This document shows, one piece after another, positions 24,718 to 34,290 of a DNA stretch of 49,305 nt (position 1 is its first letter; each line of letters begins with the position of its first letter). The stretch is taken from positions 1 through 49,305 of the forward strand of contig JAQBUS010000001.1 of assembly GCA_027623875.1 (NCBI GenBank), read 5' to 3'. The notes beneath the pieces are model-generated. The model was given only the letters and a program-made list of their open reading frames with translations, did not search any database and was not told the DNA's origin. Source of the DNA: Pseudomonadota bacterium. Lineage in GTDB: Bacteria; Pseudomonadota; Alphaproteobacteria; Rhodobacterales; Rhodobacteraceae. Made by a program: the position numbers and the translations under genes.

Positions 24718-25531
24718 CAATTAAGTCGCTTCTAATGAAGGCCGTTTCAAGAATTTTTTTATCAATGAGTTCTTGGCATGCGGGATTACAAATGAAACTA
24801 TCAGAGTCTCCAAAAAGATATCTTTCCGAAGCTAAAGATTTATGAGATTGATACGCTTTTGCTGGGTAATTAACTAAACTGCCTTCCCAATTCGGAAACC
24901 AATTATAAAATTCTTCTGTAGCTACGACATGAATTAATTCATAACCAAAAGATTGTATTTTTTTGATATATTTTACAGTATCTTCTGCAGTGTAATCACA
25001 ATCATATTCCCAATGATTCCCTGAGTATTTCGAGCTAGCCAACCAGTGATGCCATCCAACGAGAAGTTGATCAACATTTAAGTTAGACAGGGATTCAAAA
25101 ATTTCAAACTCGCTACCCTCTATGTCCATTTTTAAAACAGAGGTATTTGGGTATTTTTCTAATACATCATGAATATTAACAGCATCAAACTTGGGGTTAT
25201 TTTGATCCACGCATAATGCGGAGATTGCGGGACCACCAAAATTAACTTTTTTAAGGCTTGAACCTACAACAGCTTTCTCTTCGTAAATAAACCTATTTTG
25301 CATATGAGGCAAATCCTTCAACCTATTGTATGTGTCCCTAGAGACCTCGGTAGGGTCGAAGCCAACAACCTTAACGGTGTCATTTAGTTTTAGCATTTCC
25401 CCGTCAAAAGAAAAGTCATCTCTAAGACCCATCGATAAAATGTAAGAATTATCCCTAACTCTTGAAGCGTCCATTATTAATGAAGCGCCATTATCTACGC
25501 CAATAAAAGATAAATTAATTTTACTATTCAT
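24704..25531 (-). CDS. FkbM-family methyltransferase
   Basis: 275 aa. VLKMDIEGSEFEIFESL is the FkbM signature (D-I/V-E-G-x-E). The last 5 codons are read out of frame from the duplicated DUF5672 tail. Confidence 0.6.
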   Translation of the reverse strand: MNSKINLSFIGVDNGASLIMDASRVRDNSYILSMGLRDDFSFDGEMLKLNDTVKVVGFDPTEVSRDTYNRLKDLPHMQNRFIYEEKAVVGSSLKKVNFGGPAISALCVDQNNPKFDAVNIHDVLEKYPNTSVLKMDIEGSEFEIFESLSNLNVDQLLVGWHHWLASSKYSGNHWEYDCDYTAEDTVKYIKKIQSFGYELIHVVATEEFYNWFPNWEGSLVNYPAKAYQSHKSLASERYLFGDSDSFICNPACQELIDKKILETAFIRSDLIASSP

Positions 25532-25535
25532 AATG

Positions 25536-26213
25536 TTATATTACACAAGATCCAATGTAATCCTTGTTGCCGTGAAAACCAAAACAATCATGGCGAACTT
25601 GCCCCCAATCATCCTTGGAGAATTTATTAGCAAGCTCTATGGGCGCGTATTTTATTCCATGACTAATAAAATATTCATAATTATTTAAGCAATAGTATAC
25701 GTCTTCGGGACCTATTAATTCCTTAGGGCACTGAGCAGCAAGCTCTAAGATTTTTCTACTCCTAAGGGAGAATCCCCCATTGCCGACAAAGTTAGGTATA
25801 CTAGAAGTAACTTCCGGCTCCAACCACTGAGACCCCTGAAGGATGAAGTCGGGCCAAACGGCGCCTATATAATCATAGTCCAAAAACTCGTTCGTCCAAA
25901 GCTCGGGATGATGGACAAAGCCATCGGTTTGAACTATAAGAACATAATCAGTATCGATAAATTTATATAATTCATTAACAATAAATTCATTGTATCCATT
26001 GTTCCCCCTTCCTTGTTGGTGGATGTTGTGATTGAACTTTTCAACTTCCACATATTCTATACCATCCAAGGACTCATTAGGCTTTTCAAAAGAAATTAAT
26101 TTAACTTGGTCAAAGTCTATTTCACCCATGCAGACCCGAAGAAGCTTTGTGCAAATATTGGGGTCCACCCCATCAATTGTTGCAAGAGTTACATCTTTTA
26201 ATTTAGAACTCAT
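25536..26213 (-). CDS. DUF5672-like protein (putative glycan-modifying enzyme)
   Basis: 225 aa. YDYIGAVW...GNGGFSLRSRK pattern, recalled from the DUF5672 family. Not verified by search. Confidence 0.35.
   Translation of the reverse strand: MSSKLKDVTLATIDGVDPNICTKLLRVCMGEIDFDQVKLISFEKPNESLDGIEYVEVEKFNHNIHQQGRGNNGYNEFIVNELYKFIDTDYVLIVQTDGFVHHPELWTNEFLDYDYIGAVWPDFILQGSQWLEPEVTSSIPNFVGNGGFSLRSRKILELAAQCPKELIGPEDVYYCLNNYEYFISHGIKYAPIELANKFSKDDWGQVRHDCFGFHGNKDYIGSCVI
25537..25546 (-). promoter_or_regulatory. GTGTAATATA motif (copy 2 of 3)
   Basis: Minus strand reads cttGTGTAATATAacattATG. TAATAT ends 6 nt before the ATG at 25531. Confidence 0.3.
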
Positions 26214-26215
26214 TA

Positions 26216-28180
26216 TTAAGAATCAGGAATACAGGCAATGCATTCGCCGGGAGGTGAGTCTAAGAATATATACCCAAGGTTTGACAGTTCATCCATGAAG
26301 CTTTTTAATTTAGCGGTAACCCCACTAAAGGCTCCATCGCTATGCTCAGATTCAAATTGTATATATTTAATTTTATATTTACTAAAATCCACGCTCCTTA
26401 AGATATCTATATCGTACCCTTCAGTGTCAATATACAATCTATCTATTACTTCTAGATTATATTCTTCGAGAAGTCGGTTGATATTAATAGCCGGAGCATC
26501 AAAACTCTCGACATCATCTTCGAGATGGTTGTGGTCTAGCAAGTGTTGTCTGTTGACAGATGTATGTTGCCCATTGGTTTCTTTAGGGCTAAAATAAAGA
26601 GTTAACTTGTCAGCCTCCTCCACCGTAATTGCCTTGTTGACTAGCTCAATGTTAACATCTACGCCCTCATAAACACTGACACAATTTGCAATCTTTGTTG
26701 AATTTGGATCAACTAGTATAGCTAATTCTATCTCTGAAGCATTGTTTATGATGAAATCTTTTACGGAATCAAGAAGATCGCAGTCGTTGCATCCTATTTG
26801 TACTATGTTCATCTTGTCAGCCTCCTCCACCGTAATTGCCTTGTTGGCTGGCTCAATGTTAGCATCTTTTTTTTGTAAAATAATGGTTAAGCTATCTGGA
26901 TTGGTGTAAAATATGCCACAAAATTTTGAATCATCAATTCTGTTTTTCTTTATATTTTCAACAAATATATTAAGAAAGCCATCGTCTTTAAGGGCGTCAC
27001 AATGAACGTCTTCTATTATGTAAAATCCATTTGATTTGACATGTTTATATAAAACATCGAAAGATTTAAGCTGATCTTTGGTTGCATGACTGCCGTCATC
27101 AATAATGATGTCAAATTCATTATCATAATCTTGACAAATATCAAGCAAAACATTTTCATCCGATTGATTGCCTTCACGAAGGTCTATTCTGCCGAGATCT
27201 TTAATTAATTCCCATCCGCCACCTTCGACTCCAAGTTTTAAATTTCTATTAACGATGTCAGGATTAATATCTAAACCAACTATTTTTGCATTTGAAAAGT
27301 AATCAGCAAAAGCCAAAAGGGAAGCCCCTTTTGCTATGCCAAGTTCAAATATTTTTATAGAGTCATGCCTAAGAGGATCAAGAAAATAGGAATACACCTC
27401 AGAGTATAAATGACCCCCTCCGCAGTGATGATCGAAAAAATTTGTACCCTTATCCGTCTTATATTTGTCGCAAATTTCCGTTAAAGATAGGTCTTCGTTA
27501 ATTCGCTCCCAATTCACAAGGGGGGATTGATAAGGTTCGTGAAGATGACTTGAGTAACCGGGAATAGGCACCCAAAGCCTGATATTTAAATCGGTATATA
27601 AAAATCTGAAAAAATCTCTATCCATTAAGCCGAAACTAATGGCGTATTCTTTTATTTTTTCAAAAATCAATTTAGTGCAGGCCCAAGTGCAAGTTGTAGA
27701 CTCTGAGGTTCTCCAGTGAGAGGATTCGGTTAATTGAATTTCCTCTTTACCCTTAGTTATGTCATCTTCGCGAGTATATCTGTCCGGATGATCGTAGAGA
27801 GTGATCAAACCAAATGCCGCCAAGCCTTCAACTAGTATTTTACCAGCTCCTTTTTTGTGAGAATAATCATCTTCCACAAAATATACGCTGTCAAAAGAAA
27901 GGTCTGAAGCTAAAGATAAACAATGCATTAAGCTGTTGTGATTGTTTTTGAAATTGACTCTATGAAGTTTGACAAAAGAAAAAGATTCTATATGTGTTAA
28001 ATAATCACAATCATCTCCATCAAAAACAACATGGAATTCAGCGTTGTCAAGCTCTTCAAAAACATTAGAAACTAAGAGGTCAAAATTCCTAACTTTAGAA
28101 AAGTAAGAAGGCCTTGCGTCTTTAAAAAGAGGACTCTCAAGCTCCGCGTTGCATGTTCTAAATAAAATTACATTTTTCAT
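26216..28180 (-). CDS. three-domain enzyme: GT2-like glycosyltransferase + class I SAM methyltransferase + FkbM-type methyltransferase
   Basis: N-terminal domain has VYFVEDDY (DxD). Middle domain has KYKTDKGT...IFELGIAKGASLLAFADYF...IIDDGSH. C-terminal domain has IVQIGCNDCD...YIDTEGYDIDIL. The ATG at 28180 is preceded by GGAGGTGAAA; the track start at 28192 is the TTG overlapping that SD. Confidence 0.6.
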   Translation of the reverse strand: MKNVILFRTCNAELESPLFKDARPSYFSKVRNFDLLVSNVFEELDNAEFHVVFDGDDCDYLTHIESFSFVKLHRVNFKNNHNSLMHCLSLASDLSFDSVYFVEDDYSHKKGAGKILVEGLAAFGLITLYDHPDRYTREDDITKGKEEIQLTESSHWRTSESTTCTWACTKLIFEKIKEYAISFGLMDRDFFRFLYTDLNIRLWVPIPGYSSHLHEPYQSPLVNWERINEDLSLTEICDKYKTDKGTNFFDHHCGGGHLYSEVYSYFLDPLRHDSIKIFELGIAKGASLLAFADYFSNAKIVGLDINPDIVNRNLKLGVEGGGWELIKDLGRIDLREGNQSDENVLLDICQDYDNEFDIIIDDGSHATKDQLKSFDVLYKHVKSNGFYIIEDVHCDALKDDGFLNIFVENIKKNRIDDSKFCGIFYTNPDSLTIILQKKDANIEPANKAITVEEADKMNIVQIGCNDCDLLDSVKDFIINNASEIELAILVDPNSTKIANCVSVYEGVDVNIELVNKAITVEEADKLTLYFSPKETNGQHTSVNRQHLLDHNHLEDDVESFDAPAININRLLEEYNLEVIDRLYIDTEGYDIDILRSVDFSKYKIKYIQFESEHSDGAFSGVTAKLKSFMDELSNLGYIFLDSPPGECIACIPDS

Positions 28181-28182
28181 TT

Positions 28183-29178
28183 TCACCTCCAATAAGAATA
28201 TATTCCTTTGTTTATCTCGTAGTTCATGGTTTTAAGCTCTCTCTTGGGTTGATCTTTCGCCCAATTAAACATTTTATCCACTAAGGAGTCTAAGTTGGTT
28301 TCATCTTTAAAGCTCAAGAAATTCTTAGCCTTATCGTGATTGCAGTATGCATCCTTTACCTCGAGCCTGGCCTCTGCATGCTCAATTGTATTTGAGTATC
28401 CATACTTCTCCCCCGTTTTTCTTACGATTTCAGCCACCTCATTAAGCGACCAGTGTTTGTCAGCTCCAATATTAAAAATTTCTTCGTCATGACCATCGAT
28501 CAATTGGTAGAAAGGCTCCATGTAATAGTCGATATCTGAAAAAGCTCTAGTCTGCTCACCATCTCCATATACTAATATGGGTTCTCTATCTAAAGTCCTA
28601 CGAATAAAGATTCCAATGACATTTCTATATTTATCCCAAATGTTTTGATAAATACCCAAAACGTTATGCGGGCGGATGATGTTATATCTTAGTCCAAATT
28701 GAACGCCGGCTTGTTTAATGTCCATTTCTACAGCGTATTTAGCTATGCCATAGGGGTCACAGGGTGTGGGAGTGAGGTCTTCCGTAAAAGGCGGGACGCT
28801 GCAACCATATACAGCCATAGTGGAAGTGAAAATTAATTTACAATCAAATTCAACACAATTATTTATAACATTGACCGAGGATATGATATTGTTTTGGTAA
28901 TTGAAGCGCCTTACGAACGGTGACAACCCTTCGGCTGCATAAGCGGCAAAGTGATACACCGCATAAGGTTTATGTTTTTTAAATAAATCTTTCAATCTTT
29001 CGTGATCTTCATCCAGAGACAAATGATGAAATGAAAATTTTTCATGATTGGGTGTATAATCTAAATACCCCCCAAAAAGATTGTCTATACCAATGACTCT
29101 ATATCCTTTGTTTAGTAAAAATCTAGAGTAATGGTTACCCAATAAGCCCGCACAGCCAGTTACAAATATAGTTTTCAT
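28183..29178 (-). CDS. NAD-dependent sugar epimerase/dehydratase (extended SDR)
   Basis: VTGCAGLLGNH (GxxGxxG) and YGIAKYAVE (YxxxK). The ATG at 29178 forms an ATGA overlap with the upstream gene; the track start at 29199 is TTG. Confidence 0.75.
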   Translation of the reverse strand: MKTIFVTGCAGLLGNHYSRFLLNKGYRVIGIDNLFGGYLDYTPNHEKFSFHHLSLDEDHERLKDLFKKHKPYAVYHFAAYAAEGLSPFVRRFNYQNNIISSVNVINNCVEFDCKLIFTSTMAVYGCSVPPFTEDLTPTPCDPYGIAKYAVEMDIKQAGVQFGLRYNIIRPHNVLGIYQNIWDKYRNVIGIFIRRTLDREPILVYGDGEQTRAFSDIDYYMEPFYQLIDGHDEEIFNIGADKHWSLNEVAEIVRKTGEKYGYSNTIEHAEARLEVKDAYCNHDKAKNFLSFKDETNLDSLVDKMFNWAKDQPKRELKTMNYEINKGIYSYWR

Positions 29179-29864
29179 TTTGAAAGAAACATTAAACAAT
29201 CACGGAAACCGTCCGGTGTGATGTCTTGGTACAAGTTAAAGGGGCTGTTTCTGAAAATTTTACCAATGGTTTCCATGTCATTCCAATACCAACCACCGAA
29301 AACTTCAGTTTCTCGGTATTTATCCTGAAGATCACAATCACTCATTAAAGATTTTTCATTATCAAAATGCCGAGAAGAATATTTGAAATGCCGATGAAAA
29401 TCAGCAAACATAATTAATCCCGTACCGCCAGGCTTTAGTTTATCGTATATGGAATTTATATATGTCTGAAGTCCAGAATTTGGAAAATGACAAAAAACCC
29501 CAAAAGAAAAAACAAAATCTACAGAATTGTCTTCTACCCCCGTGCAGTTGTAATCCCTATCTCCAAGTTCTATATACTTTACATTAATAGGGGGATCCTT
29601 TAGTAAATTGATAGTCTCTCTAGGAAGAATATCCAGAGCTACAACTCGGCCAAAATTTGGAGCTAAAAATTCTCTTGTCCACATGCCCGATCCGCAACCT
29701 ATCTCTAAGCAGCTGCTCTCTGAGTTATAATGCTTGGAGAGTTCAGAGATAATCTGATCTTTATGTTCCGCTTTATAGGCGGAGAAATCCTCAATAAAAC
29801 CTGTGGTTCCCCAGGCGCCAATGAATTCTTGCTTGCTTAGTCCGCTCAATTTGTTTTCAATCAT
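29175..29864 (-). CDS. class I SAM-dependent methyltransferase
   Basis: Motif I is CLEIGCGSGMWT, followed by VVALDI. Confidence 0.7.
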   Translation of the reverse strand: MIENKLSGLSKQEFIGAWGTTGFIEDFSAYKAEHKDQIISELSKHYNSESSCLEIGCGSGMWTREFLAPNFGRVVALDILPRETINLLKDPPINVKYIELGDRDYNCTGVEDNSVDFVFSFGVFCHFPNSGLQTYINSIYDKLKPGGTGLIMFADFHRHFKYSSRHFDNEKSLMSDCDLQDKYRETEVFGGWYWNDMETIGKIFRNSPFNLYQDITPDGFRDCLMFLSK

Positions 29865-29884
29865 TTTATTTATTTATTTATTTA
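29865..29884. repeat. (TTTA)5 microsatellite
   Basis: Five perfect tetranucleotide units between the ATG of ORF 29175..29864 and the last codons of ORF 29874..30719, covering that ORF's stop codon. Confidence 0.9.
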
Positions 29885-30719
29885 TTTGTTCTGGAATTAA
29901 TCCTTTGCCAAGTTCTAGAAAAAACTTTTCATTAATCTGCTCAATTTCTAAATCTAAATTTTTTAATTTAGAATAAAACTCATCAGAAGCTGCAAATGGA
30001 TGCTCTTCGTATTTTGAGTCAGTCCTTGAGTGGTCTGTTACCTGTGGACCATATGTACAGCCTAAATGAGCTTCTGTTTGATGAGGCGCAGATTTATCAA
30101 GGGGAAGGTAGACGTGTTTCCCTGAGGCGAACCGATCTCCATAAAAGCCAAAGCTAATGCATTTTTCAGAAACTAGCGGCCAAACGCAATTAGCTAAAAA
30201 ATATTGATCAGACATATAATTTTCAGAAGAATTTTTTTCACTCTTCCACTTTAGTAATAAATCAAGCATGGAGAAAGTGAAATCACGAGGCCTTGAGCTC
30301 CACATCCCCCCCAAGATGGGAACGTCATGTTGTTCGTGACACCTAACGGAACAAAAGGATGAGGGGCTTGATTCGAAGATTTTAACGATTTGAAAGTCAT
30401 AAAAATTAATTCTATCATCCAAGTCTCTAGATAAAAGAATATCTATTTCTGGATCGTCCCAAGCATAAAACCTCCAAAACATATAATTATCGTCATTCTT
30501 GTCGACCAACTCGTACTCAAGGAAGGAATTTTCTTCCGGCAGCAAGCTAAAATCTATGGAGTTGTTGTGGTATACTCTCATTTTCCAATCAGGCATTATC
30601 TCTTGAATAAGTTTTAGGTTGTCCCAAACCCCTTGCGTGTAAGTTTTTATTCTTATTTCCGACTTATCAAAATTTCCGCAATTTGGATTGAATAAACTAT
30701 AAGAGATTACTTTTTTCAT
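29874..30719 (-). CDS. putative DxD glycosyltransferase, paralog of the N-terminal module of ORF 37094..39610
   Basis: KKVISYSLF...WKMRVYHNN...WRFYAWDDPEIDILLSRDLDDR parallels KKIISFSIYG...WICRFYCTK...WRILACDDPNVDVCIQRDSDS. Confidence 0.45.
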   Translation of the reverse strand: MKKVISYSLFNPNCGNFDKSEIRIKTYTQGVWDNLKLIQEIMPDWKMRVYHNNSIDFSLLPEENSFLEYELVDKNDDNYMFWRFYAWDDPEIDILLSRDLDDRINFYDFQIVKIFESSPSSFCSVRCHEQHDVPILGGMWSSRPRDFTFSMLDLLLKWKSEKNSSENYMSDQYFLANCVWPLVSEKCISFGFYGDRFASGKHVYLPLDKSAPHQTEAHLGCTYGPQVTDHSRTDSKYEEHPFAASDEFYSKLKNLDLEIEQINEKFFLELGKGLIPEQINK

Positions 30720-30723
30720 ATTG

Positions 30724-31614
30724 TTATTTTTTCAATAAGGGTATTGGCGAGAACGATTGTTCAGGAAAACCCACACTCGGGCCGTGACTGGGAGCGAGCC
30801 AGGGGTGAGAAAAAAGATTATGCATTTCTGCGTTGTAATTTCCGTTTCGCTGGTACAAAACCAGCTTCTCCGCCTTTAAGTTTAATTTTTCACAAATCCA
30901 AGTGATTGCTGAACCTTCCATCCAAATTTCTTTAGCATTTTCAATAACCTTCATCCAGTCAAAAAGAGTAAAGCCTTCGATGAAGTCTAGCGATATATGT
31001 CTTAAGCCGTTCTTACTGGAGTCGCTTCCCAGAAAATCATCCAAAATAATAGAAAGGGTGGAAGTGCAGGATGGGGGAGTACCTAAGAAAATATTAACTA
31101 AGCCGTAATCCTCGTTATCTTTCAAACCTAAAACATTATAATATAAATCATTTTCTTTGTCTGTGTTGCGATTAATGTGCAAATAATCAGGCCAGTCACT
31201 ATCAGACACACCAACAAAAGCATACTTTCTTTTTTGCATGGTGCCAGGATTGTCCATAATCTCTGGATTGGCCGGACGAATAGAACCTAAATGGTTTAAA
31301 GGGACTATTTTTAAATCAATACCACCCGAAATCCCACTATAAATTTCACCTCTAGGGCCGGAGTATTCGAGGTACAATTCAAAGATATCTTTAGTTAAGC
31401 CCATGTCGATAAAATGTTCCTCAGAAGGATCCTGAAAGTTTTTATTGCAAAAATAATTAAAATTATTAAGGTAGTCCCCTATGTAATCGCAATAAAAAGG
31501 GTTAACGGGCCAATATATTTCATAACCTTGCTCCTGGAAGAAGTAGCCGATTTTTTGAAGGTATAAAATATCACCCAAACCCTCTGGCTGATTGATTATG
31601 CATACTTTTTTCAA
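30724..31614 (-). CDS. hypothetical protein, possibly a GT-B/GT9-like glycosyltransferase
   Basis: N-terminus IINQPEGLGDILYLQKI is reminiscent of heptosyltransferase-type folds. TTG start with AAGGA 12 nt upstream. Confidence 0.3.
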   Translation of the reverse strand: MKKVCIINQPEGLGDILYLQKIGYFFQEQGYEIYWPVNPFYCDYIGDYLNNFNYFCNKNFQDPSEEHFIDMGLTKDIFELYLEYSGPRGEIYSGISGGIDLKIVPLNHLGSIRPANPEIMDNPGTMQKRKYAFVGVSDSDWPDYLHINRNTDKENDLYYNVLGLKDNEDYGLVNIFLGTPPSCTSTLSIILDDFLGSDSSKNGLRHISLDFIEGFTLFDWMKVIENAKEIWMEGSAITWICEKLNLKAEKLVLYQRNGNYNAEMHNLFSHPWLAPSHGPSVGFPEQSFSPIPLLKK

Positions 31615-31656
31615 ATTAAAAAATTCCTTTGTAGCTGATGCGCTTTTGTTGACGAT

Positions 31657-32280
31657 TTAGTTGTCGGTTATTCGCAAGCAGCATTGTTCATTGTGATACT
31701 CTGGATTTTCCATTCCAACAGTACCGTTCATCCCTATCCATTCCCATTTTATGTTTGGATTTTCAGTAGTCCATTCGTGCAATGATCTAAGTTCTGATGA
31801 ATCTCCGTCAAAATTTGGAAAATTAACTAACTCATCAAAAACAATAATGCAGTTTTTCTCCAACCTACCAGTTTTGGTTAAGGCATTAAGGATGTATTTT
31901 GCAGAGCTGTACAGATCGGAGTCGATATGTAAGAAGCTAACCTTTTCTTTTACGGAACACAAAAAAGGATTCAAGGTTTCCTCAAAAAGACCTTTGATTA
32001 ATTTTACGTTATAATTGACATCGGGAGTTTTACCGTAATTGCTGAATGAGCCTCTTTCAAAACCATCCCTCCACTTGTCGGGCAAACCCTCGAAGCTGTC
32101 AAAGCCATATACTATTTCCGTTGTGAATTTTGAAAAATAATTAATTGTCCTACCGCTTGCCACTCCAAACTCAAGCCACAATGTATTTTCTTTACGTTTT
32201 AATTTTAAATCTTCAAAGATGTACTCTAAGCAATATTTGTTAATATTGGGTATATCTTTTATTAAATAATCGTATTTCAT
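31657..32280 (-). CDS. TylF/MycF-like sugar O-methyltransferase
   Basis: WLEFGVASGRTINYF, GFDSFEGLP and LHIDSDLYSSAKYIL match macrocin-O-methyltransferase-family signatures. Confidence 0.6.
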   Translation of the reverse strand: MKYDYLIKDIPNINKYCLEYIFEDLKLKRKENTLWLEFGVASGRTINYFSKFTTEIVYGFDSFEGLPDKWRDGFERGSFSNYGKTPDVNYNVKLIKGLFEETLNPFLCSVKEKVSFLHIDSDLYSSAKYILNALTKTGRLEKNCIIVFDELVNFPNFDGDSSELRSLHEWTTENPNIKWEWIGMNGTVGMENPEYHNEQCCLRITDN

Positions 32281-33269
32281 TTTAATTTAATCATTACTTG
32301 TTTGATCGCCATCCACATATCTAAATATTTATAGCTTGCTAGTCTGCCGAGAAATAAAACATTATTTTCTGATAGTATTGCTTTTTTATATTTTTCATAA
32401 ATAATTTGACCCCACCCGAAGTTCTTTGGGTATATAGGATCATTTGTTTCGTCGTGCTCTTCGGGGTAATCTCGTGTAAATACAGTGTACTTAGAGTTGG
32501 TTTCATTTAAAAATATTCCATTATCCGAAGTGCGATTGTATTTTTTTGTATTACATTCGTTAATTACCGCACCCTTTTCGAAAGAAAATTTATCATCTCG
32601 CCTTCTTTTGCAATGTTCGAATCTTAATGAGCGATATGGAAGTTTTCCAAACGAAAAATTAAAAAATTCATCAGGCTTTCCAGTGTAAATCATTTTGTCG
32701 CATTTTAATTTTTTATATTCCGTTTTTGACACCCCAAGATTAACCTTTACACCATTAAGCATATTTTTAAACATTTCAGTGTAGCCATTTACTGGAATGC
32801 CCTGATATTCTTCCGAAAAATAATGTTCATCATAATTGTTGCGCTTGTTTGGCAGTCTACCTGATATTGATTTGGGAAGCTCTTCCCAGGGGATGCCCCA
32901 GTGTCTTTCTGAATATTGTTTGAAAATTAAATCTTGAATTTCTTTAGAGGTTAACTCTCTACCGATTTGTTCTGTAGTTTTTTTATTGTATGGAATTGAT
33001 ATTAATCCATATTTTGTATTTGCGCGGACTTTATGTTTGTAATCATTAAACTTTGAATATCGATTTACAAAATTCCAAGCTTCTTCATCATTTGTATGAA
33101 ATATATGGGAGCCATATTTATGGACGGTTACACCTTCTTGTTTTTCGTCATAACAGTTTCCACCAATATGATCTCTGACGTCAAAAATCTCAACATCATG
33201 ATTCTGCTCCTTGAGTATTAAGGCGGAAGTTATTCCGGATATTCCACAGCCTATGATATTAATTTTCAT
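32277..33269 (-). CDS. glf: UDP-galactopyranose mutase
   Basis: IIGCGISGITSA (FAD GxGxxG), then HIGGNCYDE...VHKYGSHIFHTND...WNFVNRYSKFNDYKHKV, following the Glf consensus. Confidence 0.8.
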   Translation of the reverse strand: MKINIIGCGISGITSALILKEQNHDVEIFDVRDHIGGNCYDEKQEGVTVHKYGSHIFHTNDEEAWNFVNRYSKFNDYKHKVRANTKYGLISIPYNKKTTEQIGRELTSKEIQDLIFKQYSERHWGIPWEELPKSISGRLPNKRNNYDEHYFSEEYQGIPVNGYTEMFKNMLNGVKVNLGVSKTEYKKLKCDKMIYTGKPDEFFNFSFGKLPYRSLRFEHCKRRRDDKFSFEKGAVINECNTKKYNRTSDNGIFLNETNSKYTVFTRDYPEEHDETNDPIYPKNFGWGQIIYEKYKKAILSENNVLFLGRLASYKYLDMWMAIKQVMIKLK

Positions 33270-34290
33270 TTAATATGTAAGACTTGATCCATTCCTTCTT
33301 GTAGTATTTATTTTTTATGTAACTTTGTTTGGCGAGGCATTTTTCATACAATCGTTCATCTTTCGAAAGGATGTTAAGTTTGCGAACGAACTCTTCAGCA
33401 AATTGAAAAGTGCAATCCTCAGAAAACCAATCTCCAGATTCGAACGGGAAAATCACATCCATATTTTGAATCATTAATAAAGAATTCGAGTATAAACCTT
33501 CAAAGAATCTTCTGCATAAATTCCCAGTACCATTCAAGTGCAAGCAAAATTTATGATTAGAAAGAGTTTTTATGTAATCTTCAAAATTTAAACCACTATA
33601 CTCACTTAAAAGATTTCCCGTATTCAAATTCAACTCAGAAGAATAAATATCTCGAATCATGGATTGACGATTAACCCACTCGTCCTCGTGTCCAGAACGA
33701 TTGAAATTTAAATGAGCTCCCGCCCAGAAGCATTTATTGATTTCAGGTTCAGCCTTCAGGGTATCGTTCAGTAAAACCCAAACGGGATTTATTTGACCAA
33801 AAGCTAAAAAGGGGAATGGTTTGACTTTTGGGGAATACTCTTGCATATGAGTTCTTCTGTACTCTCTTTTAAATATTAAATCATAATGAAAATTATTTTC
33901 AATTAAAAAATCCTCGCCTTTTTTTGTGAGAGGTTTGTCTGCAGCGTCAAAAAAGAATAGTTTATTATATTTAAGATTGGAGAGTATGTCGTAAATATGG
34001 GAAATATGATTCTTTTTATCTTGAATAACAGCATCTTGATCTTTTTCCCAAATTTGGCAATAACCATATCTATTGGCACTATCAACTTCATAACATATAA
34101 AAACGTTATCATAAGAGTCATCTAATTTTTTTGAATCGTAAATCCCTTCAATGCCGTAAGTTTTAAGCAAACCATCACCGTTTAATGAATTTACTACATT
34201 TAGCCCTCCTGGAGACCAATAATCAAAGTTGTCGAAAACTTTCGCCAAAAAAGTAATGTTGTTTTGCGGGTCTACTATTAAGTTTTTCAT
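33259..34290 (-). CDS. putative exostosin-like (GT47-like) glycosyltransferase
   Basis: FCLHLNGTGNLCRRFFEGLYSNSLLMIQ resembles the exostosin C-terminal motif. The ATG at 34290 forms an ATGA overlap; the track start at 34308 is TTG. Confidence 0.35.
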   Translation of the reverse strand: MKNLIVDPQNNITFLAKVFDNFDYWSPGGLNVVNSLNGDGLLKTYGIEGIYDSKKLDDSYDNVFICYEVDSANRYGYCQIWEKDQDAVIQDKKNHISHIYDILSNLKYNKLFFFDAADKPLTKKGEDFLIENNFHYDLIFKREYRRTHMQEYSPKVKPFPFLAFGQINPVWVLLNDTLKAEPEINKCFWAGAHLNFNRSGHEDEWVNRQSMIRDIYSSELNLNTGNLLSEYSGLNFEDYIKTLSNHKFCLHLNGTGNLCRRFFEGLYSNSLLMIQNMDVIFPFESGDWFSEDCTFQFAEEFVRKLNILSKDERLYEKCLAKQSYIKNKYYKKEWIKSYILNEN

